From Penicillus capitatus (lineage: Eukaryota; Plantae; Chlorophyta): a stretch of DNA of 64,000 nucleotides. The stretch is taken from assembly GCA_965649825.1 (NCBI GenBank), contig OZ287709.1:310001-374000 (forward strand), given 5' to 3'. Position numbers and translations under genes: made by a program. Positions 1 through 13,032 of this stretch are shown here, piece after piece. The notes below the pieces were generated by a model. That model did no database searches, had not been told where the DNA came from, and saw only the letters and a list, made by a program, of their open reading frames with translations. How positions within the stretch are numbered: the first letter of the stretch is position 1; every line of letters starts with the position of its first letter.

Positions 1-554
1 ATATGGTATGCTTTAAAAACACAGACCAATCGATGGTTGAATCTTTAAAAGAGATGTTTCTCGAAAAGGCGTCAACGCATCTATGTGTAAACAAACAGGA
101 AGGCGATCGATGATATGCAGAGACAGGTGACCCGCGATAGAAGCTGCGTGCGTCGTCATTCTCGTGCCTGAATCCCACATGCATCATCAGTATCCAGGGT
201 GGCAGATCGACAGAGGGAGGCCACCGCGCCTTGGTCATTGACTCAAAGACCCTTGCCTGGCCACCGAATAGAGGCAGAACTGGAAGCGTTGTGTTTTGAG
301 CAACGTCTCGTGGAGTGTTGAGTGTGGAGTGTGTGATGCTCTCTAACGATCAGACGTGACCCAGAGGCCGACATTGCATGTTGTGATTTGGGAGATGGTT
401 GGGAGAAATCAATGCTGATAGGAAGGCTGCTGTGCGATGTGGGATACGTTGATCGTCACACTCAGCATAAAAAACGAAGACGGAGCTTGAGCGTCGGGCA
501 TGTGATCCGCAGGTATGCCTTAGCTATCTGAGTGCTTTTGACGCAAGGGTCCTT

Positions 555-950
555 TTGTCGGTATGGGTCTTGGATGAACGACCGAAGAACGAGCAAGAGG
601 AGGGACTGTCGATGTTGCCATGTCGCATTTTAGACACAGAACAGTTTTGTGTCGTTTTCCTAGATGCGCGGGTGTCGCAGGTGAGCTCCAGAGACCGCAG
701 AAACGATCGTGATCTGATCGCGAAGGAATTCTGTGCCGAATATGATCATCGGTACTGCGTAGGCAGATGCCGCAATTCTGTCATCAATAGATTCGAATCC
801 GGTTTTCAGGTATGCAAATCGAAAGGCGACGAGAGGACCTGCATGCGGCAAGATGCGGTGCTGTTGAATGGAACGGAGTTTCAGGCGACGGAATATGTGC
901 AATTGACCACAAGTCAAGGTACTGAGCAAATTGCGATGGTCGTTACGTAA
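555..950 (+). other. Unassigned open reading frame, possibly an exon of an unidentified or decayed gene
   Basis: 131 codons without a stop, TTG start, and several strong splice-like sites (CAG|GTATGC, CAG|GTGAGC). No recognisable domain. Confidence 0.2.
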
Positions 951-2851
951 CCGGACACGTGCCACTCAATACTCAGAGGCTAGATGCCAATTGGTTCCTT
1001 TGGAGACGCTGAAGGAATAGTCTGTTGCATCCACTGTTGTGTTATTTTTACAAATGATGTGAGCTGTGGTCCTTAAGAACATGAAAACATTAGAGCCATT
1101 GCCATTATTACGAACTTCTGAAGTGTTTAAGTCTGTTTCGGGTCATGCGGTGCACTACTTACTCTCTCACAAATTTCTAGAAACGTGAATGGGCCAAAAC
1201 AAGAGAGAGTTGTAATATTGATTTGACAGTTCACTCAAAAACGCTGTTTGCGGGATCAGTTGTCTATTCTTATGAGTAACCGTGTCTGTTTGCTATGCGA
1301 TTTCTTGATTCGATGGAAGAGTGTTCGTCTGACCGCTTTGGAGCTTTCACCCCTTGCGACAGTGCCATCACACATGTCGTTCTTGAACCGATCCGAACGA
1401 TAGTGTCGAAGACAAAACAGCAGTCCTGCACGACGGACATAGAAAGCGATCGATATCGCTGACCGGAGCCAACAGTATCTTGCAGCACACTCACTCGACC
1501 CGTGAGCCAGCAGGAAATGAAGCCAGGCTTTGAAGACGTCTGGTTGCCGCAGAAGTCTGGCCGATCGGAAAAAGAAAAAGTGTGGGCGTTGAAACGACCA
1601 ACGCCCGTTTTTGTTTCATCGCCTTGGCGACTTCGCAGTTCAAGCAAGGATCGACAGAGGAACAAAGCAGAGTTTGATGAAAGGCAAACACATGCAAGAA
1701 CAGTGTGAAATCAGGGAGGCTGCAGCCGCAAAGACGTCGAGCGCTAAGCTTGCAAGAACGCTTGTTCGATAGCTCAGATGGCGGCAGCGGACTTCGGTTT
1801 TTTATGCGTTTGGTGGGATAACTGACGATAAATGATGACTCTATGCAATTCACAATCAAAGCACTCGGTATTGTTGGAAATGTAGCATCTAACGCGTTGT
1901 TCGTAGCCGTCGGAGGCGGTTCGATTCTTGGTAACCACCCTGGCGCGCTGACCATCAGACGCGACGGGTGCTAGCTTCCGAGCCAACTTCTTCATAACAA
2001 TAGGGCGATGGTTGTCGAACAAGCCCTGAAGTTCTTGACTGTTAGATATTATGGTTAGGAAACTTACAACCACCGTGGGTATTTAAGACCGACATTAGCG
2101 TTATAAACAATCTCGAGTTCCGGTGCTGTCGTTTGTGCGTTCATTTATGTCGTCGTTCGTGCGTTTCTCGACTCAGACTTTTGCAAGTCGTTTACACGAT
2201 CCCAACAGTATAGAACAATGCTTGTTGCGTAAGTCATCTATCCTACGGACTCATCTACGCAAAGATCTCTAGAGAACGGAGATTCGAATGAAATGTGGCC
2301 GCAAAGAGTCTTCCCTCGTCGAGTATATATTACAGTGTTAGATTTACATGCTCGCTCTGGGTATATGCCGCGCTCCAGACAATCGCTACGCAAAAACCAT
2401 GAAACTCATTTTGCCCGAAATTACAAAGTAAAAATGCAATGCATAAAACTTTTAAGTTCACAACGCACTCTGGCGAATGACTGGAGTGGCATTCATCGAA
2501 GAAGATCCATCCATTTCGATAAGGCCTTCTCAATGATTTTGTCTTGTTTTGGGATCTATCCTGTTCGTTAGTCTCTCTCGAAGAAAAATCAAGCAAGCAT
2601 CCGCTGAATAGAAGATTTCGGGCCGCGTCGATGTCGTCGCGTTTTTCACAACGTCAAGCACGGTAAGGATAACATAGACTCATCGTTTCACAACCATAAC
2701 CATGCATTAAGGCTTTAGTATGGTTCATAAACGCTGCGAACTTCAGAAAACTACAAAATTCGATCAAATCGACTGAATCGCCATAGATTAGACAGAATCT
2801 CCTAAAAAGCTCGGAGCAAAAAACAGGGAATGGAAACTGAATGGAAAAGAT

Positions 2852-5010
2852 CTAGAGCCAAGAAGAGTTCTCCAGAGGCATCATTACCGTTTTGACCTAA
2901 ACACAAAAACAATTAATCAACGGAATTGTCCTCTTACTGAGAACCTCTGTGTAGTGCTCCAATGCGTATTTCGACTTGTCGCGTCCGATGCCACTCATTT
3001 TGTAACCGCCGAAGGGCACGGCGTCATCAGGTATATGGTAAGTATTGACCCACACCGTTCCTGTAGAATGTAAAAAACTCATCTATGCATGCTTGAGTGT
3101 ACAAGACTGGCTCACCGGCACGAAGAGAACGGGAGACGCGGTTCACTGTGTTGATGTCGTTGCACAGAATGCCGGCGGCCAATCCATAGGGCGAGTCATT
3201 CGCCCGACGAATCACCTGAAACGACATTCGCCATTCGACAGCGATAGAAACGACTGGAACGAAGACATCATCTGTGTCGCGGAATTTCAAGATGGACTGG
3301 ACCGGGCCGAAGATCTCTTCGCGCGCGATCTTCATTTCGTCTCGAACATTCGCAAAGACAGTTGGCTCGATGTAGTATCCTTTGTCGCCCAGACGATTCC
3401 CACCGCATACCAAGTCCGCACCTAGACGACGAAAGCTAACATCCACCATCAGACAGTGACGGCACGAAACCCTGTTCTTTGCCGCTGTCAATGTATCCCA
3501 GAATCTTCTTGAACTGGTCGGCATCGATCTGAGGACCCTGGTCGACATCCGTGAACGGATCTCCCACGACTCTGACCGAGGACGAGGTTAGACAGGCTTC
3601 TTCGATGTGATGGTGCAAGCATCTCGCCTGTTGGTCGCTGCCTCTTTCATTTTTTCGACGAAGGTGTCGAAGATGTCTTCGTGGACGTATATACGGCTTC
3701 CGGCGTTGCAGACCTGGCCTTGGTTCCAGAACGTAGAAAAATGTGCCGTTGCTGCTGCCTAGAACAGGGAGATGGAAAAAGATGGAAGCGAAAAGGCAGC
3801 TCGAACTGCATCCAAGTCGACATCTGGGAAGACAATGACAGGAGATTTGCCTCCCAATTCCAGAGATATGTTCTTGACGTTTCCGCTGGCCAGTGTCATG
3901 ATTTTCTGGCCGACCTCAGTGCTGCCAGTAAAGGCAATCTTGTCGACGTCTTTGTGCGAGGCCAGCGTGGCACCGGCCGTCGGACCATAACCTGGAAGAA
4001 CATTGAAAACGCCTTTTGGGATTCCTGCCTCCAATGCCAGCTCTGCTGCCCTCAAGACGGTGAGCGGCGTCTGTTCGGCACATTTCAGCACGACCGCGTT
4101 GCCGGCTGCCAAAGCTGGGGCAAACTTCCAAGTCGCTATCGCCAAGGGAAAGTTCCATGGAACGATCTGCCGAACTGATATCGTCTCTCAAGTGAAACGA
4201 AAAGCCGCGTCACCTGTCCGATGACGCCCATCGGCTCATGAAGCGTGTAGGCGAAGAAATTGCCATCCACCGGGATCGTTTGTCCGTGGATCTTGTCCGC
4301 CCAACTACACAGCACGATCACATGCGGGAAAAGACTGAAAAAGGGTGATACCTTGCAAAGTAACGGACGTGACTAATGACGGCTGGAACGTCGTCGTTGC
4401 GAGACATCGTCAGTGGCTTCCCATTGTCCTACGCACGCAGCACATCACGTTTGCGAACTGGACCAACTCGCAGACCAGTGTTTCCAAACGGCTGAGTTCT
4501 TCTTGGTGCTGTTCGAGGAGATTTGCGAATCTGTTCATGATACGTCCGCGTTCCTAGAAGAGTGATGCTGAGTGAGAGAATGCGATCATCGACGTGACGC
4601 ACTCTTCCAGACAGACGAGGCCATGGGCCTTCGTCAAAGGCGACGCGTGCAGCTTTGACAGCACGATTGACATCTTCAGCATCTGCCTCGGCGATATTCG
4701 CGATGACTTCTTCCGTTCGCGGATCGACAATTGGAAACGTCTTTCCCGACGCGGCATCCACGAAGTCGCCGTTGATCACGAGCTAGAGAACATCATCGTC
4801 GGTTGACGGCACGTCGACGTGCTGCGCCTACTTTTAGTTTGACGTTTTTGAGAATGTCCGGGATGTTTGGGTCAATGACCTTCGGTGCCCTTCAGAAAGA
4901 GAATGCAAAGGGAGGTAGCAGAAGTCGACAAACGTTTGGGGCCTGGCTGCGACACCGGCACGGACGATGTGTAAATATCTTGCTAGGCGCGAGAAATGCG
5001 CGAAACGCAT
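2852..5010 (-). CDS. ALDH2: Mitochondrial-type aldehyde dehydrogenase, family 2 (multi-exon)
   Basis: Spliced model gives [49 protein letters not shown] (catalytic Cys), EEIFGPV and [13 protein letters not shown]-terminal [11 protein letters not shown] looks like a presequence (alternative ATG at 5043). TAG stop at 2852. Confidence 0.95.
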
Positions 5011-6599
5011 CTGTTTTGCCAAGTTCTGTACAAAGAGCCTCATGTCCTCGCGATGGACACGGCAGCAGAATGCGTTTGAAAGGTCTGTGCAACTGGCTGT
5101 ACGTTCTATGCTGATTTCCAAATGAGAACAACATGATGCGGGAAATCGAATTAACGCATCATCCTGATCTATTCGGGATGGTGGTGTACGAAGCGGGTTT
5201 GTTGTCCGAGAATGCGATGCGGATGACAAGAGAACCGAGATGTCGATTTCTCTTTGCGTGTGGCATCTTCAATGATCTTCTGCCGAATCTGTGTGTGATC
5301 AGATCTGGACGATGTAGAAATGAACTGAATCTTGTCTTATCGTGCCTCTAGTCGTTTCTCTATCAAGTGTGTCTACCGCCATGTAACTTTCAAAACTTGC
5401 CATTCTTCGCGCAGCCGACAAAAGAGAGGCGGAGCACAGTGTTAGTTCGTTCGATGGGACATGTATGTTTGTTTGTCGTCTGTCTAACCAGAGTCGCGGC
5501 CGCAAAAAGCAGTCCATGGTATCAATAAGCCTTCATCGTCGTTCGCGTTTCTGCGCGTTCGTGCGGTCGGGCCGCGCCACACAAAAAATGGAATCTGTTG
5601 CATGACCCTGACAGGATTGTATCAGTAAGTGTGGGATGGACCCCCTTTTCTTTCTTGGTAATGGTTCAAGCATCCAGGTCAATGAGACGCTAGTTATCCT
5701 CAAAGAAAGGGATGCCCAAGAAAAAGCCTTTTCTTATGAAACACAGTTACTTTTAGGCGATCGAGGAGGTATTTGAGATATCCATGGACATCGTCATCGA
5801 GCGAAAGACATTGACAGCTTTGCACGGGCCATTCAACTCGGAGAGAATCTTTCATCAAATGACAGCAATGATGAAGGAGCACTTTAAGACGCCAGTGCTG
5901 CTAATTGAATTGGATGGGAGGCAGATTCCGTCATAACGGCGGCAGCTTTTAAATGTTCGTTAACAGAGAACAGTTGAATGCAAAGCGATCGGTTCGAATT
6001 ACAGATCATTAGATCAATCTAGATTGTTCAATGTTTTCGGAGTCGACAGATTCACCTGCTAAGTGATGATGCGATTTCCCCAGCCGATCGCATCGAAGGA
6101 CATCATTTCTCGCAACTTCTCCTCTTGCATCATTCTCCTACATTTAGGGTACTCGACGATGATGCTTGTTGCAAAACCAAACAATGTTTTTTGGTTCTGT
6201 GGGTCGATGTGGTCGTCATCTCCGCAGGCAACCTGTCATATCATTGGAAATCCGAAAGAGAACTGTGCCGAGCTGGATGTCGAAGAGATCGCAGGCCGAT
6301 GTCAAGACAGAAACAGATGGGGTGGAAAGCTAAAGACATTACCAGGTGTGCTTTTTTCTGTTTACTATCGTGGTCGATCACCGTTCGGTGTTTAACACGA
6401 GTTTAAAGAAGTGCCTCGAGTGACGGAAACAATTCGCAAAAATGATAGAATGTGCTGTTACATTCAGCGACTCCTCTGAACAATCACTTGTACAGTTTTT
6501 AGATTGCAATAGAATACACCGGAGGTGTGAGAACACAGAGGGTCTGGCTGTCGCGACAGTTCTGCGACGAAAGCGTTGTTTTAAAGTGGAGAATGGCTG

Positions 6600-6948
6600 G
6601 GTGACTGGCTCGCTGCCGTATAGCTGGCCGGCTTCTTGCACGCGTGCGATCGAATGGAAGGACGTCGACTGCAGACATCCCCGCAACACCGGCAGCCTTT
6701 GTGGGCGCATCCTCTCCGTGTAATGCACACCCTCGAGGGAAAAGTCGTGGACGAGGTCGTGGTGTGCGTGGATCCATGATCCGACGATGGAAACGCGAGG
6801 GAACGTCCGCCAGGTAGCGCCTGTACACTTCTCGCCCCATTCCTGGCTTCCGCAAGTGAAGCGTCTCGAGGCCGCGATCGAACATCTCGCAGAGGCGGTC
6901 GCACTCGCGCGCCGCGTTTTCGGGCGGGGAAAGCAGAACGAGTTGCAT
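6600..6948 (-). pseudogene. Thiamine-phosphate synthase (ThiE/TenI)-like gene, Bacteroidetes type; frameshifted and 3'-truncated
   Basis: MQLVLLSPP...MFDRGLETLHLRKP...RFHRRIM continues in another frame as IHAHHDLVHDFSLEGVHYTER...STSFHS, with one extra G at ~6775. The expected C-terminal FLSPIF/ALGG part is not found downstream. Confidence 0.7.
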
Positions 6949-6972
6949 GGAAGGAGAGAGACAAACGTCACA

Positions 6973-8752
6973 TCATGCGGCAGGCGACGACCGAGCCTTC
7001 TCGAATCCCCTCTTGGCCAACAGAGCCGCGCCGTACGAAGCCTCTCCTGCACCAGGGGGAACAAGACTCGAGTGCGTGGACACGGACCGAGAGACAGACC
7101 GAAGGGAGCGGCTTCGACAGGCACGCCCAGAGATCGCCTGCGCATCTCCGTCCACTTCAGATTCGCCGCTCCGCCTCCGGCCGTCCACACCCGTCTGACC
7201 GCCCCTGCCCCGAGCGTCTGCAGCCGACGATAGCACTCAGCTTCGATGGACGCCATTCCTTCCAGCATGCCTGCACCGATGTCGATCAGCGCAGCACCCA
7301 CTCGATGGCCTGCCTGCCTTGGAGAAAGAGACCGTCGTCTGCCGGGCGTGGTTCCAGACGCGGTTGGTACAGCGGATCGTTGAACGGGAATCTCTCTCCC
7401 GGCGACGCGAGCGGATAGTAGTTCAACTGCGACGGCGCTTCGTGCTGCATCCTGTCGGTGAGTGTCCGGATCTCCTCGTCCGTAAAGTACTGCCTCAGCA
7501 CAGCCCCTCCCGTGTTCGACGCTCCGCCCACCAGCCACATGTCGCCCAGTCGATGCGAGTAGACGCCGTGCTCGACGGCATCAACGCGTTTGCTGCTCAG
7601 CATCTTGATGGCGAGCGTCGATCCCAGGCTGGTGACAGCCTCTCCCTCTTCCTGCGCGCCGGATGCCAGAAATGCGGCGATGCTGTCCGTGGTCCCGGCG
7701 CAGACGACACAGTCGGTGTGCAGACAGTACTTCTGCCGAACCGCGTCTCGAACGCGGCCCGCGACCGTACCCGGTGGCACGATCGCCGAAGGCAGAAGCG
7801 GAAAGAACTCCTAGCTCCGCAGGAGAATGCGTCAGAAGGCGAAGTCGTTGCAAAACGGTGTGCGACCTGAGACTGAAGCCAGGACGGGTATGCCGCTGTC
7901 TCTGGATCGTATCCCAGTTTCAACGCGTTGGTGTCGTCCGACTGGCGGCAGTTTCCTGCTCGGAACCCATCGTCGAAACCGGCAAGGCGCGCAGAGGGAG
8001 AGAGACACCGTGCATGAGATAGGACAGCCAGTCTGCTTGATGCATCACTCTGGGACGCCTTCCCCGTTCTTGATGCCGCTGCCAGGTGTTGTCCAGGTGC
8101 CACTGGAGCACCTTGCACAGCGTCGAGGTGGAGGCCCTTCCCGGATGGCGCTCTGGTGCAATGGCCTGTCTCGAATGCGGGACCAGTTCAAGTCAGCACG
8201 CGTCGACTTGTCCGGTACTCTGGCGCGGTGGACCGCCGCTGAGCTCTGTGATGCGTTGTACCATTGAGGCGGCTCCAGAGACTCTGCTGTCCCCTCGTCG
8301 ACAAGCATGGTGGTAGAGGATGTCCCGTCAAAGGCCAACGACACAATCCGCGTCGTCAGCTCTTCCGGTATGCGTCCGAACAGCTCATCCAATGCCCTGC
8401 AGTGAATGTCGCGCAATTGACAGATACTATCCTGGTCGCGGAATCCTGCATACCGCTGCCATGCAACATCCCACTCTTCCTCCGGTCGACGGTCGTACGG
8501 CACTCTCCCTTCGTGCAAGGCAGACGAACTCCCTGAGTTGCAGGCTCTTCACATCAACAGGCCGTCGACGATCGGACGGGTTCTTGCCGTCGATCACCTC
8601 GCCCTCGCTCCGGACGTGCCGAAATCGATTCCCAGGTAGACCGGTCCTTCGACGTACGCCGCCATCGCGTCTCCCCTCCGCGGGACGCGTGCAGGGCCTC
8701 TCCTCCTCGTCGAACTCTGAGGAAAGGCACGCGGCTGCAGGAGGATCGCCAT
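6973..8752 (-). CDS. XK1: Plastid D-ribulose kinase / xylulose kinase 1 (FGGY family), multi-exon, with a 1-nt deletion at ~8598
   Basis: YLGIDFGTSG, FDGTSST, HQADWL, NALKLGYDP, GTTDSIAAFLA, TSLGSTLAIK, GGASNTGG, WTAGGGAAN and EASYGAALLA match plant XK-1. Transit-peptide-like N terminus. Confidence 0.92.
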
Positions 8753-8815
8753 TCGCCAGATGAGCAGAACAATAATCGCCTCATTCCCGTCGAGATTTCC
8801 CTGCGGCACTTTTCC

Positions 8816-10576
8816 ATGCGCACACGCAGCGGACATCGCGAATCCTGGTCCAAAAGGGGCGTCGGCGTCGCCATCTGTTCGTTCGTCACGCTCTCCTTCT
8901 TTCTATCGTGGTGGGAGCTCTCCTACCGCGATACCGTTTCCCGCGAAAGCCGTTGGCGTCCAAATATCCAAATCAATGTCGTCGATAAGGACGGTGTCGC
9001 CCTGCGCGGCGGCGCGGGATTTCAGGGCGCCTCGCGGAACGGCAATCTTGCCGGACGGAGCCCGAGGAGAGGCGTCGTGGACGAGGAAGACGTGCCGGTG
9101 TTGGACGGGGGGACCCGGGACGCGCCTCCCGATGCGCCCTATCGTTTGATCCAGCTGCCGAAGGCAGTCAATGCAGCCGCCGCTGCGTGCGAAGAGCAGC
9201 CAGCGGATTGCCGACGGTTCAACGACTTCGTCCAGAGCATGATTCAGGGAGCCACATCGGAAGACCGAGCCCGCCTGTACATCGTTCCGGTCGATCCTCT
9301 GGCCATGATCCGCGAGGTGAATCCCAATCTCTACGCGAAACTCCTGCGGACGCTCATCGACGAGCTCAACTCCTCGAGGCCGTACATCCGATTCAAAGGA
9401 TCCGACCACGTCTTCGTGTGCCTGGCGGCGGCTTGCCAATCGTTTGGGGAGGAACTTGCCGAGAAGCTGGCAGACGATCGCGGAACGAGGGCAATCTTCG
9501 CGGGCGTCGATCTCGACGTCGAGCGTCTGACGTGGCCGTGTCCGCTCAGAACGCTGAACATCGATCGGCAAGCGGTCCGGGATCTCGGTTCCCTGCCCGG
9601 AAAGATCACGAGAGAGGCTGCTTTCATGATCGACCGCCACAACCGCTGGGTGTGCGCGGACGAGTTCCACGCCGCCAACCACTTCGGCAGCTACGAGTCC
9701 TCGATGGACGTCGGCGGCATCTACATGGACGAGTGAGTGGGACGTCCGCAGAGTGGGAGGACGGAGCGAGCAGAGTGCGTGCGGATGCTGTTTAGGTACC
9801 AGTTCACGATGTGCCTCAATCCCAAGAGCGGCAGCACGATGATGATGTTTCTGCTCAGAAGAATGAAGCACAGGAAGGACTGGAGGTCGAGAAAGAACGG
9901 CCTTCCCCACAATCCCGAGCTTTCCGGACTGGACTACGTGTCGAGCATCAAGAGGAAGGACCCCAATGTCGTCAAGGCAGTGCTCTCTGAACCGGACGGC
10001 GTCGCGTCTGAGACGACTGTTGTCTAGGCGATCTACGACAGTCCCTTCATTCTGAAGGCCGTTCTGGTGCGTCACCCGATCCCGCGTCTGCTCTCGGCCT
10101 ACCTCGACAAGATCGAGGTGCTGAAGGAGTACAACAGAGTGGAGGGCTTGGAAGCATACGTGAAGGCGCGCGGAGTGCCGTCCTTCGCGGAGTTCGTCGA
10201 GTACCTCATCGCCACCTTTCCCGATCCAGACGTTCTGGAGGAGCACTTCCAGATCCAGTCCGCCAGGTGCGGAGCACGCTACCACAGGTTCGACTTCGTG
10301 GGACATCTCAGCGATGTCGGCACAGAGTTCAAGGAGTTCGCACAGTCCTTGAAGTTCTACGACGAGTACGTTGCGACCGGATGGGGAGAGGACGAGAAAC
10401 AGCAGTTCGGTGTGCGCTCCTACCAAGTGGACCAGCGCTACGCAGGAATGCAGATCTGGAAGTACTACACGGACGAGCTGATGACAAAGGTCTACCGGTA
10501 CTACAAAGAGGATTTCGATCGATTCGGATTCACCATGGACGAGATTCTGGTTACGAAACCATTGACACGTCATTGA
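8816..10576 (+). CDS. Type II membrane protein: exostosin (GT47)-like N-terminal segment fused to a Sulfotransfer_2 carbohydrate sulfotransferase
   Basis: N-terminal TM helix, then LYIVP and RPYIRFKGSDHVFV. An intron (GTGAGT...TTTAG) joins it in frame to PKSGST (5'-PSB), RHPIPRLLSAYLDK (3'-PB), HFQIQSARC, FDFVG and YKEDFDRFGF. Confidence 0.8.
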
Positions 10577-10934
10577 AGCTAGGGATAGCGCCAACCAGCT
10601 TCACGAACACTGTCTGCTAGCCTTTTTTGTGGATCCCGTACGGAGGAACGCAGAGGGATAGATAAGTGAATGATTAGTTAAGAGACTTGCGTAATCGTTC
10701 GTTCGTTTGGTTCGGGTGCTCGAGATGCCCAGAGTCCGTTTGGCTATTTACGAGGACATGGGTGAGTACGGGTCATGGCTTTCGAAAAGGACAGCGCGGA
10801 TAACACGGACAGCACGGCAGTTTCTTACGTAAGATGCAGATTTTAAGCATAAAAGGCAATTAACCTCGTAGACATTTTGCAAGCTCCGCCAAGGCAGATT
10901 CACAGCTTTTCCTTTTAGACTGTCACCAAATCAC

Positions 10935-12594
10935 ATGCCAGTCCGACTCGACATAGCCGTGGCCCTTCTGGGTCCTTTCAACTTCGGTAAGTGCAGAAAG
11001 ACCACCCCCGTTGTTATCCGAGTGTTTCGTCGACAGGTTTGGCTATGTCCGTCATGAATACGATGCTGGAAGCAATCTCAGAAGACTCAGGATTCGAAGA
11101 GAATGTTGGCGGTGCCGTGGCTTCTGCCGCCCTTTACGCCGGTGCAGTTATAGGCGGCTTCTTCGTCGGTCCCTTCGAGAAGTGCTGCGGACGATTCGCA
11201 CAGTTCTGGATCGCCTTTCTGTTTCTACTGGCGAGTCTTCTCTGTGGCCTGACGAACGAACACAAGATATGTTGGAATGGGCCGTTTGAGGGATGCGTGC
11301 CTTACATGCTGCTTTCTGGGCGAGTGATGGCCGGCTTCGCGTTTGGGTTTACCATCGTCATCTCGCCAAAGTAGACCGCGAAGAGACTTGAAGCGCATTA
11401 ACGATGTGCGCTTAGATTTTTAGTCGCTGCGTCCACTCCAGCGCAACGCGGCTGTCTTATGGCAGTTGTGCAGGTCTGGCATCCGTTGAGGCTCCTGTCC
11501 CCTCGTGGAATGCGTGCTGCAGGTCGTCGTGGCTACGAGTCAGTTTCTTGGATTGATTATTGGCCTCCCATACGAATTCGACGGCTCGTTTGAGCTCGGC
11601 TATGGATGGTGGAGGATCATGTTTCTCCTCACATGTCTACCAGCCATTCTCCAGGTCCGGTTTCGTTCGCAGCCTTAAGTGCATTTCATTGGTTCTGCAG
11701 GGCTCACTAGCACTCCTGACGCTGTACCGTCCATCAACGGTCGGTGAAGAACGTGGCCCGATATGCGAATCTGTTGTCGTTCAGATGGCAGAGTCCAAAG
11801 AGAAGAGTCAAGACATGGGTCACCGTGCTTCCACGTCGGCCAATGAAGCGCATGCAGACGACAAAGAAGACGATTCAGAAATGGTAGGTGGCGAAAAGGC
11901 CTCTCCACCACAGCCCCAACTGGACAAGAGCTCTCGTCCGAACCTCGATTCCATGCAGCAATTCCGATCCATCTTCGCAAAACGATATCGCCCGTGTGTC
12001 ATTCTCGCCATCGGCATCCCCGTCTTCTGCCAAATGAGTGGCGTCAATGTGTTGGTCTCGTACTCGACCAAACTCTTCGAAGATGCTGGAATGGATGCAG
12101 CTATCGTTGGCACCACGATCTTCGGCCTGGCAAACATCATTGGAAGCTTCATCAGCATTTGCACCTATGAGAAGTTCGGTCGGATCAAAACCACTAGTGT
12201 AAGCGTCACAATTTTGATTCTTTGTTGCCTATTCATTGCTTTGATCGATTTGGCATCTTCGACGGTTTCTGGCATTGTGTCGACTGTGTGTGTCACTGTG
12301 TTTATCATGGCGTTCGCCTCCTCCTGTGGACCCATGAATCACACTTATGCTGCCGAAGTCGTCCCTCCCGAGATCGCATCTGTTGTTCTGGGATTGGGCC
12401 AGTCACTGTCGCTGATCGTCAATCTTATTCTAGTCCTCGTCTTTCCTGGCATTCTCGACGCCATTGGCGTGCTGCTTTCTTTCTTGTTTTTCTGTGTTGT
12501 TTGTGTGTGTTTCTTATTTTTTCTCAAGCTGTATATGATCGAAACGAAAGGAAAAGATCCCGAAGAGATCTGGAAAGAATCGACAAAATGCTAA
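10935..12594 (+). CDS. MFS sugar porter family transporter (4 introns)
   Basis: 12-TM pattern with GRVMAG, CQMSGVN, YAAEVVP and IETKGK motifs. Canonical introns reconstructed. Confidence 0.9.
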
Positions 12595-13032
12595 ACGCAG
12601 GATGTCGCGCTTACTGAATGAGAAAAGTATGTTTTTTCATACTTAACACGGCAGAATCCAAATAAATCGGCACTGCAGTAAACAGAGCCGACAAAATGCA
12701 TGGAACGTTTCTGGGTGGGGTTTCAGTAAGACAGGAATCAGTAGTTGTTGCGTTTTTTATTGACTCATGAACCAGAAAAAAAACTCTGCATCAACTGCAG
12801 AATCTTTCGCTGAGTTTCATAAAATCGTCTCTCTGTCATGTATCATAACACTGTTCCTGAAATCCCAGTTTCTGTAGAATCTGGGATTCCGGTATTGAAT
12901 TTCGTAAAATCCGTTACACCTGCAGCAGTGAACGAACTCATGGCCCAGTAATGAACGCATTGTCTGGCAACGCACTAGTAATCAGCATGGGAAAGAACAC
13001 AGCTGGCATGCTGATAACGTTTAAAAAATCCA

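Noticed and set aside
2330-2596. IFFDECHS resembling a DExH Walker B motif
   Set aside because: One short motif with no other helicase motifs nearby.
6378-7538. 386-aa ORF as a single gene
   Set aside because: It runs through one XK1 exon, introns and the shifted frame of the ThiE-like gene, and is not a coherent protein.
8903-10594. 563-aa antisense ORF
   Set aside because: Shadow of the GC3-rich sulfotransferase gene. No motifs of its own.
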